NCBI GenBank assembly: GCA_051362555.1
Contig: CM120641.1
Coordinates: 41,360,401 to 41,424,400 of the forward strand
DNA from: Lingula anatina
Taxonomy: Eukaryota > Animalia > Brachiopoda
Length of the DNA: 64,000 nucleotides
Reading direction: 5' to 3'
Shown here: in pieces, positions 14,178 through 26,037 of the stretch
How the letters are laid out: the number at the start of each line of letters is the position of its first letter
Position numbering within the stretch: the stretch's first letter is position 1
Notes under the pieces: model-generated
Databases searched by the model: none
The model's input: only the letters and a program-made list of their open reading frames with translations
What the model was told of the DNA's origin: nothing
Made by a program: the position numbers and the translations under genes

Positions 14178-15619
14178 CGAAAGAACCACCCTTTTTGCTG
14201 GGAAAAGGTCCACTCTGGGTAAAAATTGATCTATGTACTTGAGAATTTTATGGTAAAAGGTCCACTTTTTCAGAAAACGAACCCCTCCCCCCTCCCCCCC
14301 CACCTCCCCCCGAAATTGCTGGCTACGGGCCTGAACTCTCTTTCACAAGTTTTCCTCAAGTTTACTTCATGCCGTGAAGTTGATAAATCGGTAGTGTTGC
14401 GCGCAGGGGCTTCTTTTGGGGGACTCTTTTTACGTAATAGCAAGGCTATAAGTTGTCAACATTTCAAAGTGTACCGGTATTGCCTGTAACAGTTAAGTAT
14501 ACCGCTCAATGTGACAAGAACCTGCATGTACATGTATGAGTTAGACTTACGAAGGTTTCCATTGGACGTTTGGACTTCTAGGGTGCCATCGTCTGCGACT
14601 TGTATAACAAAATGATTAACGTCGTTTCCTGCAATTTACAAAAGGATATTTCATAATAACTGTTTTTCGTCCTTTACACAATACTTATTTTCATATCTTA
14701 TTATTCACTAAAAGTATCATAAGTTCGGTTGCATTAAAATATTCGATTTTTTCCTCACTCAGTTTCCGCAGTTAAAGTGATGTCAATATAGCATATCACC
14801 AATGAATTTTAACATGCTAATATCCAAAATAAAAACCATTTGTCAAGTACCATGTGAAGTAAATATAATCCGTGATTAGCAATCACACTATTTATTCATA
14901 CCATCTTTCGCATATAATAAGAGAGGTTGTTTATCATCGACCGTACATCGACGTCCTATATATCGTCCTTTCAGACGATTTTGTATTACCTCCACTGTTT
15001 GTTACACAGCTGACCAAATTCCCTCCCGTTGTGTTGGTCTTCAGCCAGAGAGAGAAAGAGAAATTTTGCCCTCCAATAGAATAATTTTGTGTGGTGTCTT
15101 CTATGGACTCCGAGACTGTGAAAGAACGAGACGCTCCCAACAGTCGAGTGGTGAAATCTGAAAAAGCGTTTTTTGGTTTTTTAAAAGTTACACCGTAAAT
15201 TGATAACAGCTTATAGATATAAAAACACAAAAAACCCATTAACTCACGCCACACAGCTGAAATTAGATCGGGCCAAGTTGTGATGATGCCATTAGCTGGA
15301 ACTTAAACCAAGTTTTCACGTGTTCCAAAGGAGTCCACAAAGCTGTGCAAAGGCATAGCCTACTATTATACATGTGAATTTTCCCATATTTCCACAGCTA
15401 TCAATTCACAAAATATGTTGAATTTTCTTTTCGCGTCTTGTACATGCTTTGCCTTAAATATACACATGGTAACGTATTAGTTTTTTTTTTCGGATAAAAA
15501 ATATATGTGCAGTCCCGACTGATCTGTAAGTAAGAAACTAGACTCATGTCAAGGTTTAATAAATTTATAGAAAAAATATTGTTATATACCAGAAATGGAC
15601 ACCTTATCTTGGCCGCAGG

Positions 15620-15659
<40 letters not shown>

Positions 15660-15995
15660 GTTGTTGTTGTTTTCATAAAAAAATATCCACAAGAAGAAAT
15701 GAACGCAGTGTTTTTAAATACGTCTTAGTTTTTTAAAAAATATTCCATGAGGTCAAAGTTTTTACTCCTCACCCCTTTAAAAGTACTAATAGACTGTCGT
15801 TTACTTTCAACAGACGCAGCAGTACCCATAAACAGAATGGCCCAACAATCAAAGCATTTAAAAAAAGTTCAAACAGTAAAACAATTTTCAGAAATTATGT
15901 GAAAGACAATTCCATTACTTACTTGTATTAATCCCTAAAGAGACTGTCCAAAATAGGACCGCCTGCCAAAAACAGGCTATCACAAATCTGGACAT
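1..15995 (-). CDS. Polycystin-1-like / REJ-family receptor, 5' part (signal peptide, LamG/pentraxin-like, WSC, multiple PKD, PAN/Apple, F5/8 type C, PKD array, start of REJ); 3' end lies outside the window
   Basis: 21 phase-compatible GT-AG exons: 15995-15923 (MSRFVIACFWQAVLFWTVSLG signal peptide), 15157-14990, 14628-14551, 12292-12226, 11757-11591 (LamG-like FSFSLWLKT...FDGELKEV), 11460-11334 and 10521-10319 (WSC: YIGCFEE...ECRRLC...YAGL..GTKCYCG...C.SVCAGNSNDACGG), 9892-9737, 9535-9314, 9010-8850, 8453-7775, 7602-7409 (PKD: YTWDWGDG...HLYSQPGIYNVTL), 7251-7143, 6686-6624, 6014-5940, 5470-5288 (PAN), 5139-5074, 4487-4333, 4034-3903, 3164-3020 (F5/8C), and 2782-<1 (PKD repeats, then REJ-like YGRYRFSIQV...SYDPD). 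The 2.8-kb exon is missing from the ORF track because it runs off the window edge. Confidence 0.88.
6894..6936. repeat. (TA)n microsatellite
   Basis: Direct reading; lies in an intron of the PKD1-like gene. Confidence 0.95.
12098..12141. repeat. Poly-A tract (about 44 nt); an (AAT)n/(AAC)n microsatellite follows at about 12303-12372
   Basis: Direct reading; both are intronic. Confidence 0.9.
12520..12533. promoter_or_regulatory. Perfect palindromic RFX X-box GTTGCCATGGCAAC in intron 3 of the PKD1-like gene
   Basis: Exact match to the canonical X-box consensus. Function is unproven and the motif could be repeat-derived. Confidence 0.45.
14131..14333. mobile_element. Non-autonomous DNA transposon (MITE), hAT-like ends, 5-bp TSD
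   Basis: 13-bp TIR CAGGCCCGTAGCC...GGCTACGGGCCTG, internal poly-G and poly-C arms, internal inverted AAAAGGTCCACT-type repeats, flanked on both sides by AACTC. Confidence 0.85.
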
Positions 15996-17287
15996 GCTTT
16001 TCCTTCCTAGATCTCAAAAGCACTGTTATGTTCCATCCCTTAGCGGCTCGGCACACGCGGACCGGGCAAATTGATCTCTCTTTAGACAATTTCCCTCAAA
16101 TCTGCTTCGTCACGGGAGATCCTATATTGAGCGGCTTTTTTTTCACGTAGGTTGTAGACAAACTAGTTTCTATATAGTTTGTGCAAAACTTTTCTTCTAA
16201 TTTAGTTGATCAGCTACAAAAGACGCAGGTTTGTGAGATATAATTTTTAAGGGTAATCATGCTACTTGTCAAATTAAAACTAACTTTTCCACCTAGGCCC
16301 TACCCATCTTAGTTAATGGCATAGTCCGGTTTTTGTTCCAGTTTCAGGAACCTTATTGTGTTGACAAAGCATCTGAGTAATGAAAATCAATATGCTCTAA
16401 CCTGCGCTGTACGTAGGCCCGTCATGATGACATCCGTAATTCTGTTAATTGACTTCCAAGCTTCTGTTGTCACAGCACATAATTAAACAGACGCATAAAA
16501 ACTATCAGGAGGGGTAAGTGATACAGGCAACTGTATCCGTGCATTAGACAGATAGTGCCCCGTCTGAATAACGTCCACATAGAATTAATTTGCAATTGGC
16601 GCATTAACACTTTTACCTTGGTATATAATATTTCTGCAGTTACAATAGCTAGGCAGAAAGCACTGGACAAGATCTATTCTCTGTCACAACAATCAATTCA
16701 CATATAGCTTTTACATCCGAAAGCACGTTTGATAAGTATTTTGATAGTATATGGAACTATAATAGTAAAATATATTTATAATTAAAAATATATTTAAGTC
16801 GAAAATGTGTCTACTAGTGCGTTGCTCATTCTTTATTGATTGCGATTTTCCTCCCTACCGCGTGACAGCAAAAGAAAGGAGAAAAAAGGAAATTGAAGGC
16901 TTTTATAAAATTCGATATTAATTTGTTTCTTGATGCTAACCGCGGAAATGTATCTTTTACCACTTAAGCGATGGCTGATTGCTCAGAGCAGTATTACACC
17001 CAATAGGTACAATACAAACCAATACAATACATTCCCAGAGTAGATTAGTTATTCCCTTTGTTGCATGTCACTAAAGCAGAGATTTCTAATTTAAAGTACG
17101 CAGATTAGATTTGCTTTTACGTTGTGATGCTCGATGCAAAAATATATAAAAAAGGTTGCTATATGGAATTTGTCAGGATTAAATATTCCGTGTGTAAAAC
17201 GGTGCAAAATAGTTTAAAATAAACCACCACTAATGCATTAAAAGTCTTTATTTTGCTTGCCAACAATTTATGGTATTCAATCATTGC

Positions 17288-17319
<32 letters not shown>

Positions 17320-17408
17320 TAATAATAAAGCAAAGAATAGATAAAAAACAAATCTATAAACAAGATTGGCTGATAACAGAAATGAAACGTAGCTTACTTA
17401 ACTACTCC

Positions 17409-20342
17409 TTAATTAGGCTTTATCATCTGCGTTTTGAAAATATTTGAGTTCGCATTCGAATCCGTTGCGTTTTTATATCGATTTTTACAATAACAAATAC
17501 GTCTGAGTTTGGCATCCTTTACACATATCGACTGGTCTCCGTATTTGTTTACTCTGCTAATGTCTCCAGCAACTTCAATATTCTTTGTGGAAGATGACCA
17601 TTTCAGAGTTGCCTCGAAAAGTGCTTTTGATGGCATTGTCTCTATTACAACAGTGTATTCATGCACATCCTCGACTGTGTCATTGTCCTTGTGGAAAACA
17701 GTTTGGTGTGCGTCGAGAATTCGAGATAACGAAAGCCTCTCACATATGACAGTGTGGTTTTCTAGTAACGCATTCAAGTGTCCCACTAATACGTGTGCAA
17801 CGCCAATGACAGGGAAAGAGTCCGTTGCTATAGCAACCTGTTGCTTACAAGCACAAAAATGCTCGTCAATTCCAGCGTTGAAACACGTCCTGTCGGTCGG
17901 AATGACTTTAAAGAGACTTAACCCTCTCCTCCGCACGTCATTTGCAGGAATATTTTCCTTGAAATCTAGGAAATGCGTCAAAGTTTTATACACATCAAAA
18001 AACGTCACTAGTCGCTCCGTGTTGATGCGAAGTGCACGGTGTATTTTTGGAAATTTCTTTAAAAACCATTTTGGAAACGACATTGAGAAAAATGGGAGCA
18101 AATCCTCCATGCGACCGACGAAAGATTCTCGTATATAATCAAACCGCTGTCCGTGGTCTCCGAGCACTATCAATAACGTGTTTTCAAAATATCCAGCTTG
18201 GTGCAAAAGGCGAAGAGTTTTTTCTAGATCATCATCTATAAGCTGGACATCGTTGACAAACTCGTGACAGAGATCCGAATAAAAAGAAAAAGTAAAAAAA
18301 CGAACTTTGTGGAAAGTTTGTATAAATCTGGAAAAATACTCTAACAGGACCATATGTTGCGGAGTGTCGCCAAAACAATGTTCTGTGCTATTTCCCAATA
18401 TCCAAAAGTCCTTCATTGCCAAATAAAATGGTCTCAAGTAGTGATCTGTCGGCTTCCCTTTAAAACCTCGAGATAAATAATTAAATAACGCCATTTCTGG
18501 TCTGTCCTCTGAGAGCATTGTAACAAAATTTTTGTGAGAAAAGTTTCGGAATAAAAGAGGATAATCGTCGTAAAAACGTATCCGTTCCCTGCTCCAGGGC
18601 CTACGGGTTATTTCTTGGGGAAATTTTGCACTTCCGTCTACTCTTTTACCGGTCAACATGGCGACCATATTTGGAAATGTGTTGTCCCCAATTTTGTTCA
18701 TGCCTTTAAATACAAAGGCCCCCATTTTCTTTTGCAAATACTTCAGAGTTTTAGGAAGGTGTCGAACAAAATTTGAGCGGGACATGGAATCGATACCGAG
18801 AATTGCAATGCTCAAAGGAAACCTTCCATTTCTGAAGTTATCCGAATCTGCAAGCAGGCGATTAATTTTGTCACGTATCCTTTGATCCAGGACTTTGATG
18901 TGAGCGTGGATATTTTCGTAGATAGTTCGGTTATCAGAATCTCGACAATAAACCTGAATAAAATCTGACATAACAACTTTGACCCTCGTTTGAAAATACG
19001 TAATATCTTTTTGATAGAGCACAAAGTCGTCGTAATCTGGCCACTTATCGAATGTTTTGTACCCACAGTCCTTCACTTTGCCGGAATGTATCGTTTGATT
19101 AACAGTTTGGTTAATCCACAGCCATCCTTGCCGGTCAATATAAGTCAAAGAAGCGTTCCATTTGCATGTTATGGGATTAAGTCTTCTCAAATATTTCAAA
19201 ATAGATGGATCGAAAGGATCTAGCTCAGTAATTACACACCCTTGGGTGTCTACGGCCTGATTAATGGAAGATTTTGATTTGTTTACAGACATCTTATCAA
19301 AATTGGCAAATTCGCGAGGTATTTCTTTTCCCATTTTGGTAGCGTGCGTGTTTGAGCTTATCATTCTTAGTTTCCCCTCTTCGTTATCTTGTCGATAGTT
19401 GTTAGGAGTAAACTTGGCACTACGCTTTGCGACACGCTTGTCGAAATGTGTTCTTGAGTTATTATCTTCAAGCTCGAAAGTTGTTTGGGAAAACTTTGCT
19501 TCGTGGTCCACTTTAAGGTCATTTGAAGTTTGATCAACATCGCGGCGTGAAACTTGAGTTTTGATAAGAAGCTCTTGAACGCTTTTTCTAATTTTGATCG
19601 AATCGCTGTCTGCATTTTTCTTCCACGCCACAACCGCTTGGTGGTTGGATTTTTCTGAAAATGTTTGAAGTAGATTAGAAACGGTTGGCTGAAAAGATAA
19701 AACGCTTGTCTTTGGTTGGGAAATCACATTGGATGGCGCTCGAGACAATTATTTTTATTACAAATCACTAAATACGATTTACAGGAAATTAATCTGATAT
19801 CTAATGTTCTCTTCATATCATCTTGAAAAAAGGAGTTTTGGCTTTTGGCATGTATTTTAGATTAACGTTATCTCAATGAAAACAACTAAAAACAGATTAA
19901 GGAAAGCGTTTTCTCGTGCCTAAAGTATTACTTTCTATTTTAAAATAGCCTATACAGTTTAAATGTCACATGTTTCTTAAAAAAAGAAAGAAAAAAGAAA
20001 GAAAAATCCAAACGTTGCTAAAAAATTTCATTCTATGGTTAATGCAAGGTTAACGTGAACATGTTAACAGGCAAATATTGAAAAAATTGGTATTTGGGAT
20101 GAGAATCAAAACAGAAGGTTCGGCATGTAGTAAGATAAGATAGTAAGTAAGAACTCCAAAGGATTACCTGATCGTTCTACTTCTCTCAAACTCGCATGCA
20201 ACGCAAGTTTCAAAAAAGGCCTTCCAAACAGGACATCAACACCCCAAAAGATATTCAAAGTGGTGAGGCAGAACATAAGAGCAAAAAGTGTCACAAACCG
20301 CCAGCGACAATGCCTTCTCAGTCTTCCAACCATTCCCCTCAT
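17409..20342 (-). CDS. DUF229-family protein (alkaline phosphatase/sulfatase superfamily), type II membrane protein, about 800 aa
   Basis: Exon 1 at 20342-20168 (MRGMVGRLRRHCRWRFVTLFALMFCLTTLNIFW signal anchor; phase-1 donor CAG|GTAATC) joins a phase-1 acceptor (TTTTCAG|AA) at 19654; exon 2 is 19654-17409. DUF229 motifs: LGIDSMSRSNF, MNKIGDNTFPN, DHYLRPF, DLCHE, GDHGQRF, RLVTFFDV..TL, RTC..AGI..HFC.C, FEAT, ISRVNKYG.QS.C...LRR.CYC. Confidence 0.9.
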
Positions 20343-21949
20343 TCTCAAGTCCCAGATCTAGGTGCGACTTCACTCTCTCCCGTCCGTCTCTTGTGCATCT
20401 GAGTCAGGATAAGTAAGGTCGTGCTTGTATGTAGGCCTTTGGGGGACCCATCCTCCAAGTAACGTGCAGCGACCCAACTCTCCATAGTAATCCACTTATG
20501 TATCGGCATCTGAAGTGCAGTTTTGTCATCAATGCACTCGGCCACGTAACGATACCGCAATGTGGCTGAAACGAGACTGTGACGCGGATGCTTAAAAATG
20601 AGAGCAGGAGCATATCTTCCCTCGTGTTAAGCCCCCTCACCTGATTCTGTCTATCATACCTACCAGTTCTTGGACAAGGACGAGAGCTCTCTTAAGCTAT
20701 ATACCAACATTAACTATTAATATCTTTAAATTTTTAAACGACGTTTGTACCACTTTAGTGTTGTTTATTTTTAAGTTTAATATATCTGTACAGTGCATTT
20801 AGGGCCTTAATGTTTTTAATGGAATGTGCTACATATGAAATGATAAATAAATGAAAAATTAGTAAAAATAAATAAAGAGAGACTGACGCTCACATTTTGT
20901 GTAGTAATTGCCTAATTCTGGCTTTTTTAATTTATCTATTTATTAACTAATTATTTTTGTTTTTATTTTATTTTATTTATCCATGTTTTTCGTGTTTTAA
21001 GTCAGGTATTAGTACAGGAATTAGTAGGTATTAATACAGGAACGACCTGACTGATATACTTTAATGCTTGTAATAAGTAGCTTAGAGAAACTGTAAAGGC
21101 CTTTGAGATATACACATTCAGCGCTTATAAATTTATGAAATATAAAATTGTCTTTATAGACTAATTTAACACAATAAGTCAATGCTAAGAAAACGCAATG
21201 TCTTAGTCTCTTTCATTTATATAAACAGTGATATTTCATAATCCTAAGATCTACTTACGAAAAGTAATAAACAAAGACAAATGTATTTCATAGCTCGAAT
21301 TCATCTCATGGCTTGTCTTTGGTATTAGTGCGCATACTCTCCTTCGCTTAGAGGCAGGAAAAAAAGTGATTCATGTCGTGGCTGCAAGCTGCTTACTAAA
21401 AAGCAAGGTAAGACAGATGGGTATTTTCGGTATTTTGTGCAGTTATAAATTGAAAACGTCCGAATATTTAAGTACGTATGAAAACCATATTTGTAAATGG
21501 AAACTTTTAACGAAGTTTCAGCAGCTAATCCGGTTTGTACAATTTAATAAATGGTTAAATTTATCGAGAGTGCCATCTGCATCAGTGACAGTGGCACTGG
21601 CAGTCTTTGTGATAAGGTATTTTTCGTACAAGTAAATACTCAGTTTGAAGTTGGGGAAAATACAGGTGAGATTGGTTTCACCATGTTCATATTGCAGTAA
21701 GCAGCTTTTTTGTTTAAACATTTTTCAGTACATAAAACAAAATTTTCGGAATGTTGCAGCAAACAATGGCATCCTAAAATTCGCAATACACTTTTGGAGA
21801 AAAAAGTCCAGTGTTAAGTTAATACAGTAAACGGTCATTTCCTTAAAAATAGGGTGATATAAAAGCCAAGTTCATATTACAAGATAATTAATATTCTTGT
21901 CACAAGTTAACAAATTTGTACCATTTGTTTATGTCGGGTTCTCTACATT

Positions 21950-22160
21950 GCTATAGAGCCACGCACCAACATAGCAGACCACATGAGGAATGAACAGATT
22001 GTGCAGATTTGTTAAGTTGTATTAATGATTCTTATTACCTAGTAATATATTTTGCTATTCTGTTGTCCTGTTTTCTTGAGAATGACCATTTCCTGTGTAC
22101 TTGTGACTAGTCTTGTTGAGTGTATTGTGCTGTGTTGTGCTGTATTTCAGTGTATTGTGC
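21950..22160. mobile_element. Degenerate partial copy of the foldback MITE found at 45851-46315
   Basis: GAGCCACGCACCAACATAGCAGACCA and AGTGTATTGTGCTGTGTTGTGCTGTATTTCAGTGTATTGTGC resemble the inner hairpin arm and the right TIR of that element. Confidence 0.55.
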
Positions 22161-23608
22161 TAATGGTTAAGTTTCCACATTCATTTTTTTTTTAATATGT
22201 GTTATATAGTTTATAATATTAATGGCTTTAAATTGGGTCTCACTAAATACCAAAATGAAATTAAATGACACCGTAATGATACCAAAAAACATAAAGATAA
22301 CTTGCTATTTGGATTCATAATCCCTAATATTAAACATATGTCTTGAACTGGATGCCTTTTACTTCCAATAGAGAGCTGAGAGTTATTTTGTGCAGCTTTC
22401 CTGAGTAACAAAATTAGAGTGAAGGGGGAGAGAGGGGGAGCTACAATTGTTCCTTTTGTTACCTTTAACAATTAAAAAAAAAATCAATAAAAAGTTTGTC
22501 CATAATCAACACAGGTGGTTTCCAATGCAGAAGTTGATACTGAGGGAGAATATTTTAGCTCATCATTCACTCCCTGCAGCACTCATGACTAATTTCAGCA
22601 AAATGTATTATCAGCCAAGGAAAGGTTATTCCATTTAATTGGAGATGTGGGACCTTTGTTCACCGAATTTAATAACTGATTCATATTAGTTAATGAGGTA
22701 CTATAGTTGTGATTGATAGTCAATGTACAGCAGGTGCTAGTAACCAGCACTGGTCATTTATGGTCAGTTTCTTGTTGTTATCCACAAAAATCTACAAAAT
22801 TTACTTTTTAATGTACTAATTATCATGGATATCATATACTAAGTGAAATATTCCAATTAAATTCCTGCCATAAGATGGAAGGAAGTAGTATTTTTTTGTG
22901 AGCACATTGAAAAGTATCAGCTATTTGTAAAATGTCCATATGATAGTGATAGTATTCTAAGGCAAGGGCATTTTTATGCATAATACTGACACTAAGAAAA
23001 ATATAGAGCTCATGTTCATATCCATGTATACATCTGTCTGGTAAAATCCTCGAGAGTTGTTTGTTATTCAGAACACATCTCATTCAGGGCCCTCTTTAGT
23101 ATGTCTGGTGTTTGTGCATCAAAACCTGTGGTTTAAAGCATCGTAGAATGTAGTGGACCTCTTGAATTTGAGTATGCTGTGTCTGAGCAGTAGCCTTGGC
23201 TGAAAAATTGTAGTGTTTGAAGAGAGAGGGAGAGAGAGAGAGAGAGAGAGAAGACAAATTTTATACCCAGCGCATCACTTTTGTCTTTTGTTTTCAATCC
23301 AAGAAACTTCAAATATGTTATAGTAAGGTAATGTTTCCATATGAAATAATGATTTGTAAGGAAAAAAAAAGAAATATATATATATATTTTGTTTTGTTTT
23401 TTGTTTGTTTGTTTACATACATACACACACTATGCTTCAGTTTCTCATACTCGTACATCTCAATTAAATTGTTGTGTTGGAACACTGTGGCTGGATGTAT
23501 AACTAACAGCAGGTGTATCAGGTGTGTTTTTCATTCTAGGTTTATTTATGCTGACCTGGATAAAAAGATAAAGTCATTAGCCGCCATTGAAATTGTGCAT
23601 TTACCATA

Positions 23609-26037
23609 ATGGTGTCATTGACTGCCTTCCATTACAAACTTTGTTTTGTTTTGGGCTTGGTTGCTGTACACTTTGACTATTCAGTTGGTCAAACAGAACA
23701 AGTGACTTTGCCATTAACGACCAATGGGGCATCTGGCAATGTTAACATCAGTGTGGAAGCAAACCCAGTATCCGTCAATGGTTCTTCAAAAAACAACACT
23801 GCAAATGATACTGTCACCAGTTCGGCTCCCACAGGAACAAGCACCAATGTACTCCTCAATACCACAGCACCTGTGCCTACCATTGGAGGAACAGCAGTTG
23901 ACCAGACTACAAGCCCTGTGACAACACTTGCTCCTCAAACAAATATTTCTGCCACAACTACCCAAGTTCAGCCCAGTGCAATACAGGGGGCCACCCCTGC
24001 TCCCACACCCACACCCACACCAGCAGGTGCCAGTACCACACCCATGGGTACTGCTCCCACCCCCAGCAGTACAGGTGGTACTGGTACTCCCAGAGTTATT
24101 GGTACACAGACATCAGGTCAGCCTAGTGCCACCCCTGTCAGTACCAGTACAGCTGGAGTCAACACACCTCCATCAGCAGATAAAGTACCAGGTGTTCCGG
24201 GCACTGTCTCAACAGGTGCTTTTTTTTTTGCTGTTGTTTTCTGTGCCAAAAACTTATATGTCTACTAGCCCCTCAGACCACTAGGGTCTTAGAATCTTTA
24301 AGGCAAACACTTGCAAGTAAATGACCAAAATTTATAAAGTTTTCATTGGTCTGGCTATAATTTTACCCGCATTTGGTTTAGCTCCAGAGTCAACTTTGCA
24401 GATCTGCCAAAATGCTTTAAAAGCATAACAATTAGGGTTAATATTATTAAGTGAAATTATTTTCAGTTTTCTTTTTAATGGTATTTAACAGTTGACTGTC
24501 CATATGTTTTGATAATTTAATATTTGTTGATACAGAAAGAAGAAAAATAAAAAGTTATCAAGGCCTGGGGTATTTATACAAAGTTTTTTTTTTCATTTTT
24601 TGCAGATCGTGGAAATACCACCAAAACTTTTTATGGAAAAATTGCACAGTTTTGGGATGTGAGTACAACTGTTTTATGAATGTGAGATGAAATGGCTCTT
24701 ATGAATTAGTATACTATAATAATTTGAACTAGTAGACTGAACACAACTATGACAAATAAGGTTTCATTCGACAATGATAGATTGTTAAATCCTAATGGGT
24801 ATTAAGTGCTTTTTTACTTCATGTAGATATTTTGAACAATGGCTCCCCTTGCATTCAATGACAGTACATTGATCTAAATGATGTATATATTTAATTTTTT
24901 TTTTACTGCTAAGAACACATAGATCTTTGTTTCATTTTTGGGAAAATCTCACTATATTTTGTATATACCTAATTTACACCAGCACCAATATTAATCCTTG
25001 GCATGTTTTATTCTATTAACTTTAAATCACATGTGAATCTTGCATTAAATTATTTAGTAACAACATGCTTATTTTGTTTATTTTATTTCAGGACTACCAG
25101 TATATACTGAGTATTGCTATTCCTGTATGTGTGGGCACTCTTTTGGCTGTGGTTGTACTTACTTGTTGTATGTGCTGTAGAAACTGCAGAAAGAAGAACA
25201 GAAGAGGAAAAAAGAAACCCAATAACAGCAAGAAGGTATGAAAATAAAGTTTATGTTTGAGATATGTATATTTATATAACCTTTCATTTGTATCCATGGT
25301 AACATTTGACCTTTCATTTGCATTAGTGTTACCTTACATGTTTTTAACCTTCAATGCTTCAGATGTTAAGTTTATAAAAAAAGTACAAACAAACACTAAT
25401 GATGAGTATGTTACTTATCACACATCAAGTCGAGGTGATATTTCACACATTTTTCAAAATAATTTCTGCAACGGCAGTCCCTTGATTATGATGTATGATT
25501 ACTGTGACTGTTGATCAATGTCATTTCACATCTGAACTGTCAGGTTAACCACCAGAGACCAAAGTCCTCATGAAGAGGCCATAATGCCTAAATAGTCATA
25601 GTTAACACCAGTTGTCAAAAATTTAATGGCCAGACAAAAATATTGGTCTAAAAGTTTAGATCAGTCTTTGGGCTGTAGCTCTATGGTGAAATGGGGGTTT
25701 TGTTTTATAGAGGAACATTTTTTGGCTACTTCCACCCAAGATGAATCAGTACCCCAATTATTACTATTTCTTATATATTAAAGAAAAAAATGGTTATTGA
25801 TTTGGTACCACAGTTATATTGACTGTGAACTTCTATTTATGCGTCTCGATTTCAAGTAGACCAAAATGTTTTGTCTTAAAATTTAGACAATCTGAAACCA
25901 GGCTGTTTCTGAACCCGCCACACATTAGCAGTGCAACACTGTCACTCTTTGTTTGATTTTTAATTTTACAGTTTCATGAGTTGAAGAACATGGACAGAGT
26001 GATGCTGCTGGCAGATAGTTCTGATGATGAAATCTAA
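23609..26037 (+). CDS. Mucin-like (Ser/Thr/Pro-rich) single-pass type I membrane protein, about 289 aa
   Basis: Exons 23609-24215, 24606-24658, 25092-25235 and 25972-26037, all phase-compatible. Signal peptide, S/T-rich ectodomain with N-x-S/T sites, TM ILSIAIPVCVGTLLAVVVLT, CCMCC cluster, basic stop-transfer, tail FHELKNMDRVMLLADSSDDEI*. A probable non-coding first exon ends at AAG|GTAAGA near 21407. Confidence 0.85.

Noticed and set aside
17509-19633. Overlapping ORFs on the opposite strand and in alternative frames of the DUF229 exon (for example 17509-18138)
   Set aside because: They are shadows of a long coding exon and have no recognisable motifs.
19655-19748. ORF-track start of the 779-aa protein at TTG 19748
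   Set aside because: The gene is eukaryotic and this segment is intronic. The real N-terminus comes from the exon at 20342-20168.
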